Source: an uncultured Acidobacteriota bacterium (GTDB lineage Bacteria; Acidobacteriota; Thermoanaerobaculia; UBA5066; Gp7-AA6). From it: a stretch of DNA of 64,000 nt. The position numbers and the translations under genes are program-made. Within the stretch, counting starts at the first letter, position 1. Each line of letters begins with the position of its first letter. The stretch is from positions 107,287-171,286 of the forward strand of contig CAVRXJ010000007.1 of the NCBI GenBank assembly GCA_963725095.1. Reading direction: 5' to 3'. Positions 41,535-52,159 of this stretch are shown piece by piece. The notes beneath the pieces are model-generated. The model ran no database searches. It was not told where the DNA came from and saw only the letters and a program-made list of their open reading frames with translations.

Positions 41535-42775
41535 ATGGAACAGAGAACCGACTCCCCATATCCGAAGAAAGACCGGCCCGTCCTGGCGGTCATCGGCCTG
41601 CTGCTGGTCCTGTCGACGGTCCTCTTTGCGTGGAGCGACCGCAAGCACGACTGGCGCTACTACCAATACGCGTTCCGATCGCAGGTCGTCGAGAAGCTCG
41701 GGGCGGAGAAAGCGAAGACGCTCCCCAAGGGCGTCCAGCAGATCTGGGTCTCGGAGATGCGGCGGGCCGACCGCTGCGTCACCTGCCACCAGGCGATGCT
41801 GTGGAAGGGGTTCGAGAAGGCGGAGAATCCCTTCCGGACCCACCCGACGGAGCCCCTCCGCCACCACCCGATCGAGAAGTTCGGCTGCACCTCCTGCCAT
41901 GGCGGGCAGGGCTGGGCGATCGACGCCGCGGCCGCGCACGGTCCGGTCGAGCACTGGGAAGAGCCGCTCTTGGGCTCGCAGCTCGGCGAGGAATACACGC
42001 TCGCGGCGAACAAGACGGCGCTGATGCAGATGAACTGCAACGTCTGCCATCGCTACGACCGCCAGACGAAGGGCGCCGACGAGATCAACCTCGCCAAGGC
42101 GCTCGTTCTGGAGAAAGGCTGCCGGGCCTGCCATGTCATCAACGGCCGCGGCGGGACGATCGGTCCGGACCTGACCTGGGTCGGCGACAAGGCGCCCGAG
42201 CAGTACGAGTACGGCCGCCTCTCGGGGCAGATGAGCGCGTTTGCCTGGCACGTCGCGCACTTCAAGGATCCGCGCGCGCTGGTTCCGGAAACCGTCATGC
42301 CGAACTTCCACTTCACGACGCGCGACGCGCAGGCGCTCTCCATGCTTGCGCTGTCCTGGCGGCGCGCGCCCATCCCCGCCGACTACCGGCCGGGCCTCCC
42401 CCGCACGGATCCGCAGACGCCCGAAGAGGTCGCCGAGGAACAGCGGATGAAGACCGGGCCGGGCGCCTGGTTCGTCAAGACCGGCTGTTTCGTCTGTCAC
42501 TCGATCCAGGCTCTCGGCGTCAAGAGCCCGGCGCAGATCGGACCCGACCTTTCGACCGCCGTCGAGGACACGCAGGCGCGCTTCGGCCGCACCGTCGACG
42601 ACTTCCTCCGCGAGCCCCGACAGGCACGATGGCGGTCGTCCTTTCGCGGCAGATCGTTCTGACCCCGGAGGAGAAAGCGATCGCCGTGCAAAAACTCCGC
42701 GAAGCCTTCGCGGAGTATCAGAAACAGAAGGCCGAGGGCCACAACACGCCGGCCGGCGAGGCCGGAAGACACTGA
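41535..42775 (+). CDS. Membrane-anchored pentaheme cytochrome c (frameshift ~42618)
   Basis: N-terminal TM; CVTCH, CTSCH, CNVCH, CRACH, CFVCH; GPDL and MP motifs. Confidence 0.9.
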
Positions 42776-42788
42776 AGGAGGATTCTCC

Positions 42789-44722
42789 ATGAGCAGCCCA
42801 AGCGGTGGATGACAGCAGGCGCGGTCGCGGCCCTTGCGATCTCGATCGCACTCGCCGGCCGTTGCGCGCCGAGTGCGCCCAAGGCCGGAGCGAAGAAGGG
42901 CGGCGCGGCGGGCGCCTCCGACATGGCCGTCGCAGCGCAGAAGGTCTATGTCGCGCCGGGAGACCTCGACGAGTTCTACCTGTTCGCCTCGGGAGGCCAC
43001 TCGGGCCAGATCTACGTCTACGGCGTCCCGTCGATGCGCCACCTCTCGACGATCCCCGTCTACACGCCCTACCCCGCCACCGGCTACGGCTTCGACGACG
43101 AATCGAAGGCCATGCTCGGCAACCTCACCTGGGGAGACGTTCACCACCCGTCGCTCTCGGAGACCAACGGTGATTACGACGGGCGATGGCTCTTCGTCAA
43201 CGACATGAACGGGCGGGTCGCGCGCGTCGACCTGCGCGACTTCAAGGTGAAGCAGATCTTCGGTCCCATGCCCAACATCTCCGGAAACCACGGTTCCGCG
43301 TTCGTCACGCCGAACACCGAATACTCCGTCCTCTCGTCGCGCTTCTCGATCCCGATTCCCAAGGGCACGACCGCGCCCATCGACAAGTACGCGACCGATT
43401 ACAAGGGCGTGATCGCCGCCGTGAAGATCGACCCCAAGACCGGAGAGATGACGCAGGGCTTCCAGATCCTCATGCCGCCCTTCGACTACGACCTCGGCGA
43501 CGCGGGCAAGAAGGTCTCGGACGGCTGGATGTTCTTCACGTGCTACAACTCCGAGCGGGCCACCGGAAAGCTCGAGGTGACCTCGACGCAACGGGACCGC
43601 GACTACATCGCCGCCATCGACTGGAAGGCCGCCGAGAAGGCGATCGCCGAGGGCAAGGGCGACATGATCGGCGGGGTCAAGGTCCTCGACCCGAAGAAGG
43701 TTCCCGGCATCGTGTACCTGATGCCCTGCGGCAAGTCGCCGCACGGTGTCGACGTGTCACCCGACGGCAAGTACATCATCGGGTCGGGCAAGCTGCAGGG
43801 CGTCACGACCGTCTTCAACTTCGAGAAGATCCAGACGGCCATCCGCAACAAGGACTTCACCGGCGACGAGGACGGGATTCCGGTTCTCAAGTACGAGTCG
43901 ATCAAGGACGCGGAGGTCCCGGTCGGGCTCGGCCCGCTCCACACGCAGTTCGGCCCGAACGGCGATGCTACACCTCGCTCTTCGTCGACAGCGCCATCGC
44001 CAAGTGGAAGCTCGGCACCTGGGAGGTCATCGACAAGGTTCCGATGTCCTACTCGATCGGGCACCTCAGCGCCGCGGAGGGCGACACCTGCTCCCCGAAG
44101 GGCAAGTACCTCGTCGGCCTGAACAAGCTCTCGCACGGCCGGCACCTGTCGGTCGGACCGTCGCAGCCGGAGTCGTCGCAGCTCGTGGACATCTCCGAAG
44201 AGAAGATGAAGCTCCTCTACGACGCCTTCACGGAGCCCGAGCCGCACTACGCGCAGATGATCAAGGCGGACAAGCTCCAGCCGATCGAGGTCTACCCGAA
44301 GGACGAGAACAAGAACCCGCTCGCGATCTGGGACGTCAAGGACGCCGGCGTCACGCGCAAGGGAAACGACGTCCTCGCGAAGGTCGTCCTCGTGCGCTCC
44401 ACGATCACGCCGACCGTCGATCGAGGTCGAGCAGGGCGACACGGTCAAGGTCGCCATCACCAACATCGAGCAGACGACCGACGAGCTCCACGGCTTCGGC
44501 CTGCTCGACTACAACATCAACATCGTCTGCGATCCGGGCGAGACCAAGACGGTCACGTTCAAGGCCGACAAGCCGGGCGTGTTCCCGTACTACTGCACGA
44601 ACTTCTGCTCGGCGCTCCACCAGGAGATGCAGGGCTACCTGATCGTCAAACCGAAGAAGGGGTACAACGCGACCGGGCGGCGGCGCGCCGCGCCGGAACC
44701 CCGGCCGAGGAGACTCACATGA
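42789..44722 (+). CDS. nosZ: Nitrous-oxide reductase, clade II, Sec-type signal (frameshifts ~42800, ~43968, ~44418)
   Basis: SGGHSGQ, DVHH, NHG, PHG, GPLH, GHL, EPH (CuZ); LHG..CTNFCSALHQEM (CuA); no twin-arginine signal. Confidence 0.97.
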
Positions 44723-45352
44723 AGGCCTTCTTCGACAGAAGCAACCGGTTCCTCGACCGGCCGCTCGACGCTCCGGGCCGCGGCGCCTGCTCGTTCGGCG
44801 GCCTTCCTGCTTCTGATCCCGACGTATCTTCTTCCGCTCTGGAAAATGACGATGTTCGCGCCGCAGTACCCGGACGGCCTGCGGATGGAGATCTACAGCT
44901 ACAAGCTCGAGGGCGGCAACGGGGGCCAGGACGTCAGGGAGATCAACATTCTCAACCACTACATCGGCATGCGCGACCTCACGGCGTCGGACTTCACGGA
45001 GTTCAAGTGGATTCCGTTCGTCGTGGGCGTGCTCGCTCTCCTCTTCCTGCGCGCCGCGGTGCTCGGAAAGGTGGGCACGCTCGATCGATCTCTTCGTGCT
45101 CTACGTCTATTTCGGGCTCTTCTCGCTCTGGTCGTTCGGATACAAGCTCTACTCCTACGGCCACACCCTCGCGCCGACGGCGTCGGTCAAGGTGGCGCCC
45201 TTCATGCCGCCCGCTGTTCGGCCACAAGAAACTCGCCAACTTCGAGGTGTACTCCTATCCCGCGGCGGGCTCCTATGCGCTGGCCGCTGGTCGCGGTCGT
45301 GATCTCCTCGTCGCTCTCGTGCTGCGCGCTGGCGCGAAGGACGCGCCGATGA
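44719..45352 (+). CDS. nosB: NosB-type membrane protein (frameshifted; 3' end uncertain)
   Basis: PLWKMTMFAPQYPDGL, INILNHYIGM, YGH.L, PPLFGHKKLANF; position directly after clade II nosZ. Confidence 0.82.
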
Positions 45353-45377
45353 CGCCGCGGAGGCCCGGTCCGGCGGG

Positions 45378-46718
45378 ATGATCTTCGCGGCGCTGCCTTC
45401 TGCTGGTCAGGTCTCGGAGGGGCCCGGCCGCGTCGCGGCCTCGAGGGCCGCGGCGACGTCCGCCTCGCCCCTCCAGGCTCGGATCGACGCGCGCGCCCGG
45501 GCTCGACGGTCGAGGTCGGGCCCGGCACCTACGCCGGCGACCTCGTCATCGACCGCCCGCTTCAGCTCGTGCCGGCCGCGGCAGACCGCGACTCCGGGCT
45601 CGGGCGAGGGAGCGGTCGTGCGCGTGCGCGCCGACGACGTCCTCCTCGAGGGCTTCGACATCGACGGCCGGGGGGGCGGCGACCTCGGCCGCGACTCCTC
45701 CGGGTGCATGTCGCCGGGCGGCGGGCGACGATCCGCGACTGCCGCATCGATCGCGCGCTCTTCGGCGATCTACCTCGCCGCGGCGGACGGCTCGGTCGTC
45801 GAGCGCTGCCGCGTTCGGGGGATCCCGGGAAAGGACGCCGGAGAGAAGGGATCGGGATTCCACGTCTGGAACACGAACGGGTTCCGCCTCGCCGGCAACA
45901 CCGCCGTCGACGTGCGCGACGGTTTCTACATCCAGTCCTCCTCGCACGGAACCATTTCGGGCAACACGGCCCGCGACCTGCGCTATGGCCTCCACTACAT
46001 GTTCTCGGACGACAACGTCTTCGAGGACAACCTGTTCGAGAACGGCGCGGCGGGCACGGCGATCATGTACTCCCGGCGGATCGTCTTCCGTCGCAACCGC
46101 TTCCTGCACAATCGCGGCTTCGCCTCGGTCGGCCTGCTGTTCAAGGCCTGCGAGGACGTCCTCGCCGAGTCCAACCTCATCGCGGACAACGCCCGCGGCA
46201 TCTTCCTGGAGGGCTCCTACCGCAACCTCTTTCGCGAGAATGTCGTGGCCGAGTCGGACACGGCGATCGTCCTCTACGATTCCTGCGGCGACAACCGCTT
46301 CGAGCGCAACTCGTTCGTCGGCAATCTGACGCCGCTCGTTCTGGTCGGCCGCCGGACGGACACACGGTTCGACGGCAACTACTGGTCCGACAACGACGAG
46401 CCGGACCTCGACGGCGACGGACGGGCCGACCGGCCCTACCGGCTCTCGTCGGTCTTCGACCACTTCCGCGGCAACCTGACCGCGGCGGACCTCTTCACGC
46501 AAGGGTTCGCGGCCGCCGCGCTCGGGATCGCCGAACAGACGTTTCCGGTTCTGGAGCCGACGACCGTCGAAGATCACGCGCCGCTGGCCCGGCCGCCCGT
46601 GCTTCCGTTGGTGCCACGCGCCCCGGATCCCGTGCGTGGGCTTGCCCTGGCCGGCGTCCTCGGGTCCGCCGCCGCCGTCGGCGTCGGCACGATCGCGCTG
46701 CTCAAGGGAAGGCGATGA
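45378..46718 (+). CDS. nosD: NosD periplasmic maturation protein (5' part frameshifted; start uncertain)
   Basis: RDGFY, LRYGLHYMFS, IMYS, GNYWS..DLDGDG. Confidence 0.92.
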   Translation: MIFAALPSAGQVSEGPGRVAASRAAATSASPLQARIDARARARRSRSGPAPTPATSSSTARFSSCRPRQTATPGSGEGAVVRVRADDVLLEGFDIDGRGGGDLGRDSSGCMSPGGGRRSATAASIARSSAIYLAAADGSVVERCRVRGIPGKDAGEKGSGFHVWNTNGFRLAGNTAVDVRDGFYIQSSSHGTISGNTARDLRYGLHYMFSDDNVFEDNLFENGAAGTAIMYSRRIVFRRNRFLHNRGFASVGLLFKACEDVLAESNLIADNARGIFLEGSYRNLFRENVVAESDTAIVLYDSCGDNRFERNSFVGNLTPLVLVGRRTDTRFDGNYWSDNDEPDLDGDGRADRPYRLSSVFDHFRGNLTAADLFTQGFAAAALGIAEQTFPVLEPTTVEDHAPLARPPVLPLVPRAPDPVRGLALAGVLGSAAAVGVGTIALLKGRR

Positions 46719-47623
46719 TCCGCTTCGAGCAGTTCGGGAAGTCCTACGCCGGCCGGCGCGCCGTCGGGTCGTTCTCGCTCTCGGTCGAGCCCGGTGAGGC
46801 GGTCGCTTTGCTCGGGCCCAACGGCTCGGGAAAATCGACGACACTCAAGGCTGCGGCCGGCCTGATCCGCCCGACGACCGGCCGGGTCGTGATCGGCGAG
46901 CCGGCCCGCGACGCGGCCGATCCTGAGGCGCGCCGCGCCATTTCCTACCTGCCGCAGCGGGTGCTTTTCCCGGATTCGTTGACGGGAGCAGAGGTGCTGG
47001 AGTTCTACCGGGGCCTGCGCCACGCCCCCCGGGAGCGCATCCCGAAGGTCCTGGGCTTTGCGTTGTTAAACGGCGCCTCCCGCAGGCCCATCGGGACCTA
47101 CTCGGGGGGCATGGTTCAGCGTCTGGGTCTGGCCGTGGCGCTCCTGCCGGATGCTCCCATCCTCCTGCTCGACGAGCCGACGGCCGCGCTCGATCCCGAC
47201 GGCCTCTGCGCCTTCTACGGCCTCGTCGAACGCCGGCGGCGCGAGGGGCATACGCTGTTCTTCACCTCGCACCACCTCGGGGACGTCGAGCGGCTCGCGG
47301 ACCGGTTCGCGCTCCTCGTCGAGGGGCGCCTGGCCGCGCACCTGACGCAGACCGAGCTCGCCGACCGGCTCTCCGCGCGCGGCGTGATGCGGCTCCGGCT
47401 CGATCGCCGGGTTCCCTCCCTGCTCGAAACGCTTCGCGCGATCTCTCCTGCCTCGAGCTGGGCGGGCAACGAGCTGATCGTTCCCGGACCGGCGGCGGAC
47501 CGGCCGCGGGTCCTGGACGCCGTTCGGGCCGCCGGGGCGGAAATCCGCGGCCTCGCCGCCGAAGAAGGCCGTCTGGACGTTCTGTACCGGGAGCTGGTCG
47601 GGGCCGAGGAGAAGGCGCAATGA
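46715..47623 (+). CDS. nosF: ABC ATPase NosF
   Basis: GPNGSGKST, YSGGMVQR, LLLDEPT. Confidence 0.9.
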   Translation: MIRFEQFGKSYAGRRAVGSFSLSVEPGEAVALLGPNGSGKSTTLKAAAGLIRPTTGRVVIGEPARDAADPEARRAISYLPQRVLFPDSLTGAEVLEFYRGLRHAPRERIPKVLGFALLNGASRRPIGTYSGGMVQRLGLAVALLPDAPILLLDEPTAALDPDGLCAFYGLVERRRREGHTLFFTSHHLGDVERLADRFALLVEGRLAAHLTQTELADRLSARGVMRLRLDRRVPSLLETLRAISPASSWAGNELIVPGPAADRPRVLDAVRAAGAEIRGLAAEEGRLDVLYRELVGAEEKAQ

Positions 47624-48108
47624 CGGCAACCGGGAGGTCCGCATCGCGAGCGCGCGCGCGGGCTGCCCTTCTGGCGGCGGCCGCCGTGGCTTTCGGATCC
47701 TGCACCGGGACCGAGCCGGCTCCGGCCGCGCTCGATCCGGCGACGGAGCTTTGCGCCTCCTGCCGGATGCCGGTCTCCGACCCGCGCCTGGCCGCCCAGA
47801 TCGTCGCCCCCGGGGAGGAGCCACGATTCTTCGACGACATCGGGTGCCTGCGCGACTACCTCGCCGGAAACCACCCCCTCCCCGAGCGCGCCGCCCTGTA
47901 CGTCGCCGATCACCGAACCAAAAAGTGGATACCGGCGGCCCGGGCCCGGTACACAATCTGTCCCACCGTCGCGACACCAATGGGCTCTCATTTGCTGGCT
48001 CACACGGACGAAGCCTCCCGCGCGCAAGACGCGGCGTCCCGTGCCGGCACCCCGGTGGCTGTGGAGGAAGCGCTCGGCACGACCCGAGCAGAAGGAGGAG
48101 CACGTTGA
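47620..48108 (+). CDS. nosL: Copper chaperone lipoprotein NosL
   Basis: Lipobox-like FGSC; CASCRM, FDDIGC, TPMG. Confidence 0.9.
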   Translation: MTATGRSASRARARAALLAAAAVAFGSCTGTEPAPAALDPATELCASCRMPVSDPRLAAQIVAPGEEPRFFDDIGCLRDYLAGNHPLPERAALYVADHRTKKWIPAARARYTICPTVATPMGSHLLAHTDEASRAQDAASRAGTPVAVEEALGTTRAEGGAR

Positions 48109-48560
48109 GGGAAGCGAATGTCCCGGAAGCGCTCCAGATCGAACACGAGGAACTCCGCGACGAGCTCCAGAAGGCCGCGGCCGCCGGGGGCAAGACGGGC
48201 GAGGCCGCCCGAGGCGTCATGAAAGTCCTTCACCCGCACATCCTTCTCGAAGAGGAGTTCGCCATCCCGCCGCTGTGCCTGCTGCCGCGCCTCGCACGCG
48301 GCGAGGTCACCGCCGACATGCGCCGCGCTCTGACTCAGAGCCAGATGCTGAAGACACAGCTGCCCCGGATGCTCGAGGAGCACAAGCTCATCGTGGAAGC
48401 GTTGCGGCGCCTGATGCAGGCGGCCCAGGAGGAGGGGCTTCCCGGGTTCGCCCGCCTGGCCCGGAAGATGATCGTCCACGCCCAGGCCGAGGAGGAGATT
48501 CTCTATCCGGCGTCGATCCTCATCGGGGAGTACTTGAAGTGGAAGCTCGAGCAATCGTGA
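48105..48560 (+). CDS. Hemerythrin-like (HHE) protein
   Basis: EHEEL, HILLEEE, EEHK, HAQAEEEILYP; RBS AAGGAGGAG; overlaps nosL and nosY. Confidence 0.8.
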   Translation: MREANVPEALQIEHEELRDELQKAAAAGGKTGEAARGVMKVLHPHILLEEEFAIPPLCLLPRLARGEVTADMRRALTQSQMLKTQLPRMLEEHKLIVEALRRLMQAAQEEGLPGFARLARKMIVHAQAEEEILYPASILIGEYLKWKLEQS

Positions 48561-49402
48561 GCCGGTTCCAGGACTCCTCCCCGCTCCTCCTGTGCGCGCG
48601 GCAGGAGCTTCGCCTGGCCGTCCGCTCGCGCTGGACACAGATCTTCGCCGCCGTATTCGGGGCGCTGTCGCTCGCCGTCGCCGCCTCGGGCTACGTCCTT
48701 TCGGGGGGAGAGGGCGTTCAGGACTTCGCCCGCACCGCCGCGTCGCTGGTCCAACTCGTTCTCCTTCTCGTGCCGCTGACCTCTCTCACGATAGGGGTTC
48801 TGGCGCTCACGCCCGAGCGGGGCGCGGCGGAGCTGCTCTACTCTCAACCGGTGCCGCGGCGATCGATTCTCCTCGGCCAGCTCCTGGGGCTCTTCGTAGC
48901 GCTCGCCGCCGCGGAGGCGATCGGACTCGGCGGGGCGGGGCTGGTCATCTTTGCCCGATCCGGTCCGATCGGCGCGGCAGCCTACGCGCTCCTCTTTGCG
49001 GCCTCCCTGGCGACGACGGCGATTTTCCTCGGCCTCGCCGCGCTGCTGGCGGCGGGCGGGCCGGGCCGCCGGGCGCGGTCGCTCGCCCTGGCGGTGATCG
49101 TCTGGTTCGCGGCCGTCGTGCTGTTCGACGTTGCGGCGCTCGGGATCGCCTCGCTCCTGCCGTCGGGGGCGGCCTCGCGCACCTTGATCCTCGCCGTCCT
49201 CGTCAATCCGGTCGACGCCGTGCGGACGGGAACGCTTCTCGGGATCCAGGGCACGACGGCCTTCGGCGCCGCTTCCCTCGCCCTGCTGCGGTTCACGAAA
49301 GGCCCGGTCGGAGCGGCCGTCCTGCTCAGCCTCTCCGCCCTCCTGTGGGGGGCCCTTCCGCCGGCCCTGGCCATCCGGCGGCTCAAGAAGGCAGACCTCT
49401 AA
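48557..49402 (+). CDS. nosY: ABC permease NosY
   Basis: ELRLAVRSRW, LVPL, ELLYSQP..R, NPVDAVR. Confidence 0.9.
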   Translation: MSRFQDSSPLLLCARQELRLAVRSRWTQIFAAVFGALSLAVAASGYVLSGGEGVQDFARTAASLVQLVLLLVPLTSLTIGVLALTPERGAAELLYSQPVPRRSILLGQLLGLFVALAAAEAIGLGGAGLVIFARSGPIGAAAYALLFAASLATTAIFLGLAALLAAGGPGRRARSLALAVIVWFAAVVLFDVAALGIASLLPSGAASRTLILAVLVNPVDAVRTGTLLGIQGTTAFGAASLALLRFTKGPVGAAVLLSLSALLWGALPPALAIRRLKKADL

Positions 49403-49411
49403 CCGGCCTCT

Positions 49412-50116
49412 TCAGGCGCCGTAGAGCTGGATTCGCGAGACGAGCTCGTCGGCCTTTTCCGCGCCGAGCAGATCGTCCGTCGTCGGGTAGAGGATCTGCT
49501 CCTCCTTGAGATTGTGATCCGCAAGAACCGCGCGGAATCGACGGCGCAGTTCTTCAACGGGGGCCACTTCGTCGGCGATCCCCGCCTCAATGCGGTCGAG
49601 CAGATCGCGGATCTCCCGATGCTCGGAGCGCATGACCGCCGTAGGCCCCAACGTCGGCGGCATTCCGGTCCCCTGCTCGAAGGCCGGAAACAAGAGCTCC
49701 TCTTCGAAGCCGATGTGCCGACGCAGGCCCGCGGCGAAGGCGGCATAAAGCTCGCGAGACGCTTCACGATCTCCCTTCGCCCGGCTCTGGAATGCCGCTT
49801 CCTCCAGGGCGTCGAGCCGGTCGTGATCCCAGGCGAGCGCTTCGAACACCGCGCGCTTCCCTCCTGTGGGAGCTTCCCGACGAGCGATCTCGACACGCCA
49901 AACGGGGGGCCCCGATCCCAGCAGCGACCACTCGAAGAGACCCCGACGCTCCGACTGCAGCCGCCGGAGCAGGTTCCCGCCCGGATTGCCTACGAGGAGA
50001 AACAGTTTCTCGCCGGCCAAAAGCGAGTCGAACGCGGTGAAGAGCGTCGTGCCCGTCTGCGCGAGGTCGATTCCCCGCAGGTCGAGCTGTGAAGCGGCGG
50101 CGACGGTGGAACTCAC
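49412..50116 (-). CDS. DUF2249-like plus hemerythrin domain protein
   Basis: LDLRGI..FDSLLAGE..FEW..GPPVWRV; DHDRLD, HIGFEEELLFP, MRSEH, HNLKEEQILYP. Confidence 0.85.
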   Translation of the reverse strand: MSSTVAAASQLDLRGIDLAQTGTTLFTAFDSLLAGEKLFLLVGNPGGNLLRRLQSERRGLFEWSLLGSGPPVWRVEIARREAPTGGKRAVFEALAWDHDRLDALEEAAFQSRAKGDREASRELYAAFAAGLRRHIGFEEELLFPAFEQGTGMPPTLGPTAVMRSEHREIRDLLDRIEAGIADEVAPVEELRRRFRAVLADHNLKEEQILYPTTDDLLGAEKADELVSRIQLYGA

Positions 50117-50179
50117 TGGCGGCCTCCCTTTCCGGAAATTCCTCACGGCAAGGCTCGCACGGTCTTCCGCCAGGGTCCT

Positions 50180-50193
50180 ATGATCTCGGTCAT
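50180..50193. promoter_or_regulatory. Motif B variant (ATGATCTCGGTCAT)
   Basis: ATGAY-N4-RTCAT palindrome upstream of the hemerythrin gene. Confidence 0.55.
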
Positions 50194-50354
50194 CCCTCGG
50201 CACGGTCCGGACTAGCCCGGAAGGAGATCATGGTCGAGTCGCCGCGCCGCCGTGCACTTTTACGAGTGCTGACGCCCGCGCTGACAATCGGCTGCACGGG
50301 ACGCGTCGCCGCCCGTGAACCGGACGTCAGGCGAGCGCAGGAACGGCTCGCTTC

Positions 50355-50831
50355 ATGAGCTCTAGGTCGCTCAAGGCAGCGCTTGAACGCGTCCCTCCGC
50401 CGGTGTTCTTCTTCGCCTGCCTCCTGCTGGGGTGGGCTCTCGGCTTCGCCTGGCCCCTGTCACTCGGCCTCGAGACGCTTCCCGTCCGGCTGACACTAGC
50501 TCTACCCTTGTTTCTCTTGGCGGTTTCCATCGGCGTCTGGGCTCTCCACACCTTCAGGCGGGGGCACACTTCTCCCATGCCGTTCGGCACACCCGCCGAG
50601 CTGCTCACATCGGGCCCCTTTCGGCTGTCGCGCAATCCTCTCTATGTGGCTCTCATCCTTTCACTCACGGCATTCAGCACACTCCTCGACGCCGCATGGG
50701 TTCTCGCGTCGGTCCCCGTCCTGGCCCTCGCACTCGATCACTTCATCATTCCGGGCGAGGAGGCTCGGCTTCGGGAAGTCTTCGGAGACCGGTACGCCGC
50801 CTATTCCGAAAGGGTCCGGCGTTGGCTATGA
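50355..50831 (+). CDS. Isoprenylcysteine carboxyl methyltransferase / PEMT-family membrane protein
   Basis: LLTSGPFRLSRNPLY, EEARL..FG..Y..Y...VRRWL. Confidence 0.88.
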   Translation: MSSRSLKAALERVPPPVFFFACLLLGWALGFAWPLSLGLETLPVRLTLALPLFLLAVSIGVWALHTFRRGHTSPMPFGTPAELLTSGPFRLSRNPLYVALILSLTAFSTLLDAAWVLASVPVLALALDHFIIPGEEARLREVFGDRYAAYSERVRRWL

Positions 50832-50860
50832 GTCCAAGGGGACAGCGCCGAGACCCTGCT

Positions 50861-51328
50861 CTATTTCGAGATCGTGCGCAGGTCCAGCTCCAGAACGAGA
50901 CGCGGCGCGGGGGCGAAGCCCCGGCGTCCGAGGAACTGGTTCAGGTCGTGCTCGTCCCAGGCGACCTCCGTGCGGAGGCGCTCGATCCCGAAGGCCTGGA
51001 GGTTCTTCACGAGCTGGTCGACCAGGGCCGTCCCGACGCCGTGCCGCGCCTGGCCGGGGTCGACCAGGATCGTGTCCAGAACGGCGATCGGCTCGGGCAG
51101 GCCGAACTCGCCGTAGTGAAGCGAGCCCAGGACCGCGCCCACGAGGCAGCCGTCCACTTCGGCGCCGAGCGAGATGTTGAGGTCCGACTCCGCGAGCGCG
51201 CGCTTCAACTTCCCCTCGTACCACGCCGTCCGGTTGCGCCCCGTGATGGCATGGTCCATCCGGACGAGGCGCGCGGCGTCCTCCGGTCTCAGGCTGCGGA
51301 CGAGGATGTTCTCGGGCTCGCCGTCCAT
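50861..51328 (-). CDS. GNAT acetyltransferase at the end of the bcr operon
   Basis: ILVDP..ARHGVGTAL, GEFG, GFAPAP. Confidence 0.85.
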   Translation of the reverse strand: MDGEPENILVRSLRPEDAARLVRMDHAITGRNRTAWYEGKLKRALAESDLNISLGAEVDGCLVGAVLGSLHYGEFGLPEPIAVLDTILVDPGQARHGVGTALVDQLVKNLQAFGIERLRTEVAWDEHDLNQFLGRRGFAPAPRLVLELDLRTISK

Positions 51329-52159
51329 GCGGCACCTCCCATTCCGAGCTTCTCGCGGCGGAAACCGCCCCAGATCGCCGCGCCGATCGCGCCCGCGAAA
51401 GCCGAGAGCGGATGGCGAACGACCTCCACCGGCCGGACCCCGCCGCCCGCCTCCGGAGCCAGCGCGCGCGCGATCGCGGCGGCCAGGCCGTCGTCCGCCG
51501 CCAGGCCGCCGCTGACGAAGACGGCGCCCTCGACGCCGATCGACTGGAGCAGCCGGGCGAAACGTCCCGCCATGCTCTCGTGGATCCCGCGCAGGATGTT
51601 CGCGGCGGAGAGCCCTCGCGAGACCATGTTGATGACGTCGGTCTCGGCCAGCACCGCGCAGATCGAGCTGACGGTCTCCGGTTTCTCGGCACCGAGGGAG
51701 AGCGGCCCGATGTCCGCCTGCGAGACGCCGAGGTAGCGCGCGATGTTCTCGAGGAACTGGCCCGAGCCGGACGCGCACTGGCTCGTCATCTTGTAGCCGA
51801 GCACCTTGCCGCGCGCGTCCATCGCGACGGCGCGCGCGTGGAGCGCGCCGACGTCGAGAACCGCCCGCGCCCGCGGCTCGAGGAAGAGGGCACCGCGCGC
51901 GTGCGTCGTCATCCCGTAGAAGTGGCCCGTGGCGAACGGCGCGTCCTCGCCCTCCCCGGTCGTGGCGACGTAGTCGAGCTCGCGCGCCCCGGCTCCGGCG
52001 ACCGCCCCGGCAAACGCCTCGTCCACCACGTCGCCGATGCTGCGCCGCCGGACGCGCGCGACGCGTGTGGGAGAGAACCCGGTCGTCGCCCTCGCCGACC
52101 CGCATGACGACCGCCTTGACGGCGGCGGAGCCGACGTCGACGCCGGCCGTGACGCTCAC
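51289..52159 (-). CDS. bcrD: Benzoyl-CoA reductase subunit D (frameshift ~52060)
   Basis: AGVDVGS, YVATTGEG, GHFYGMTTHARGA, YKMTSQCASGSGQF, SSICAVLAETD. Confidence 0.92.
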
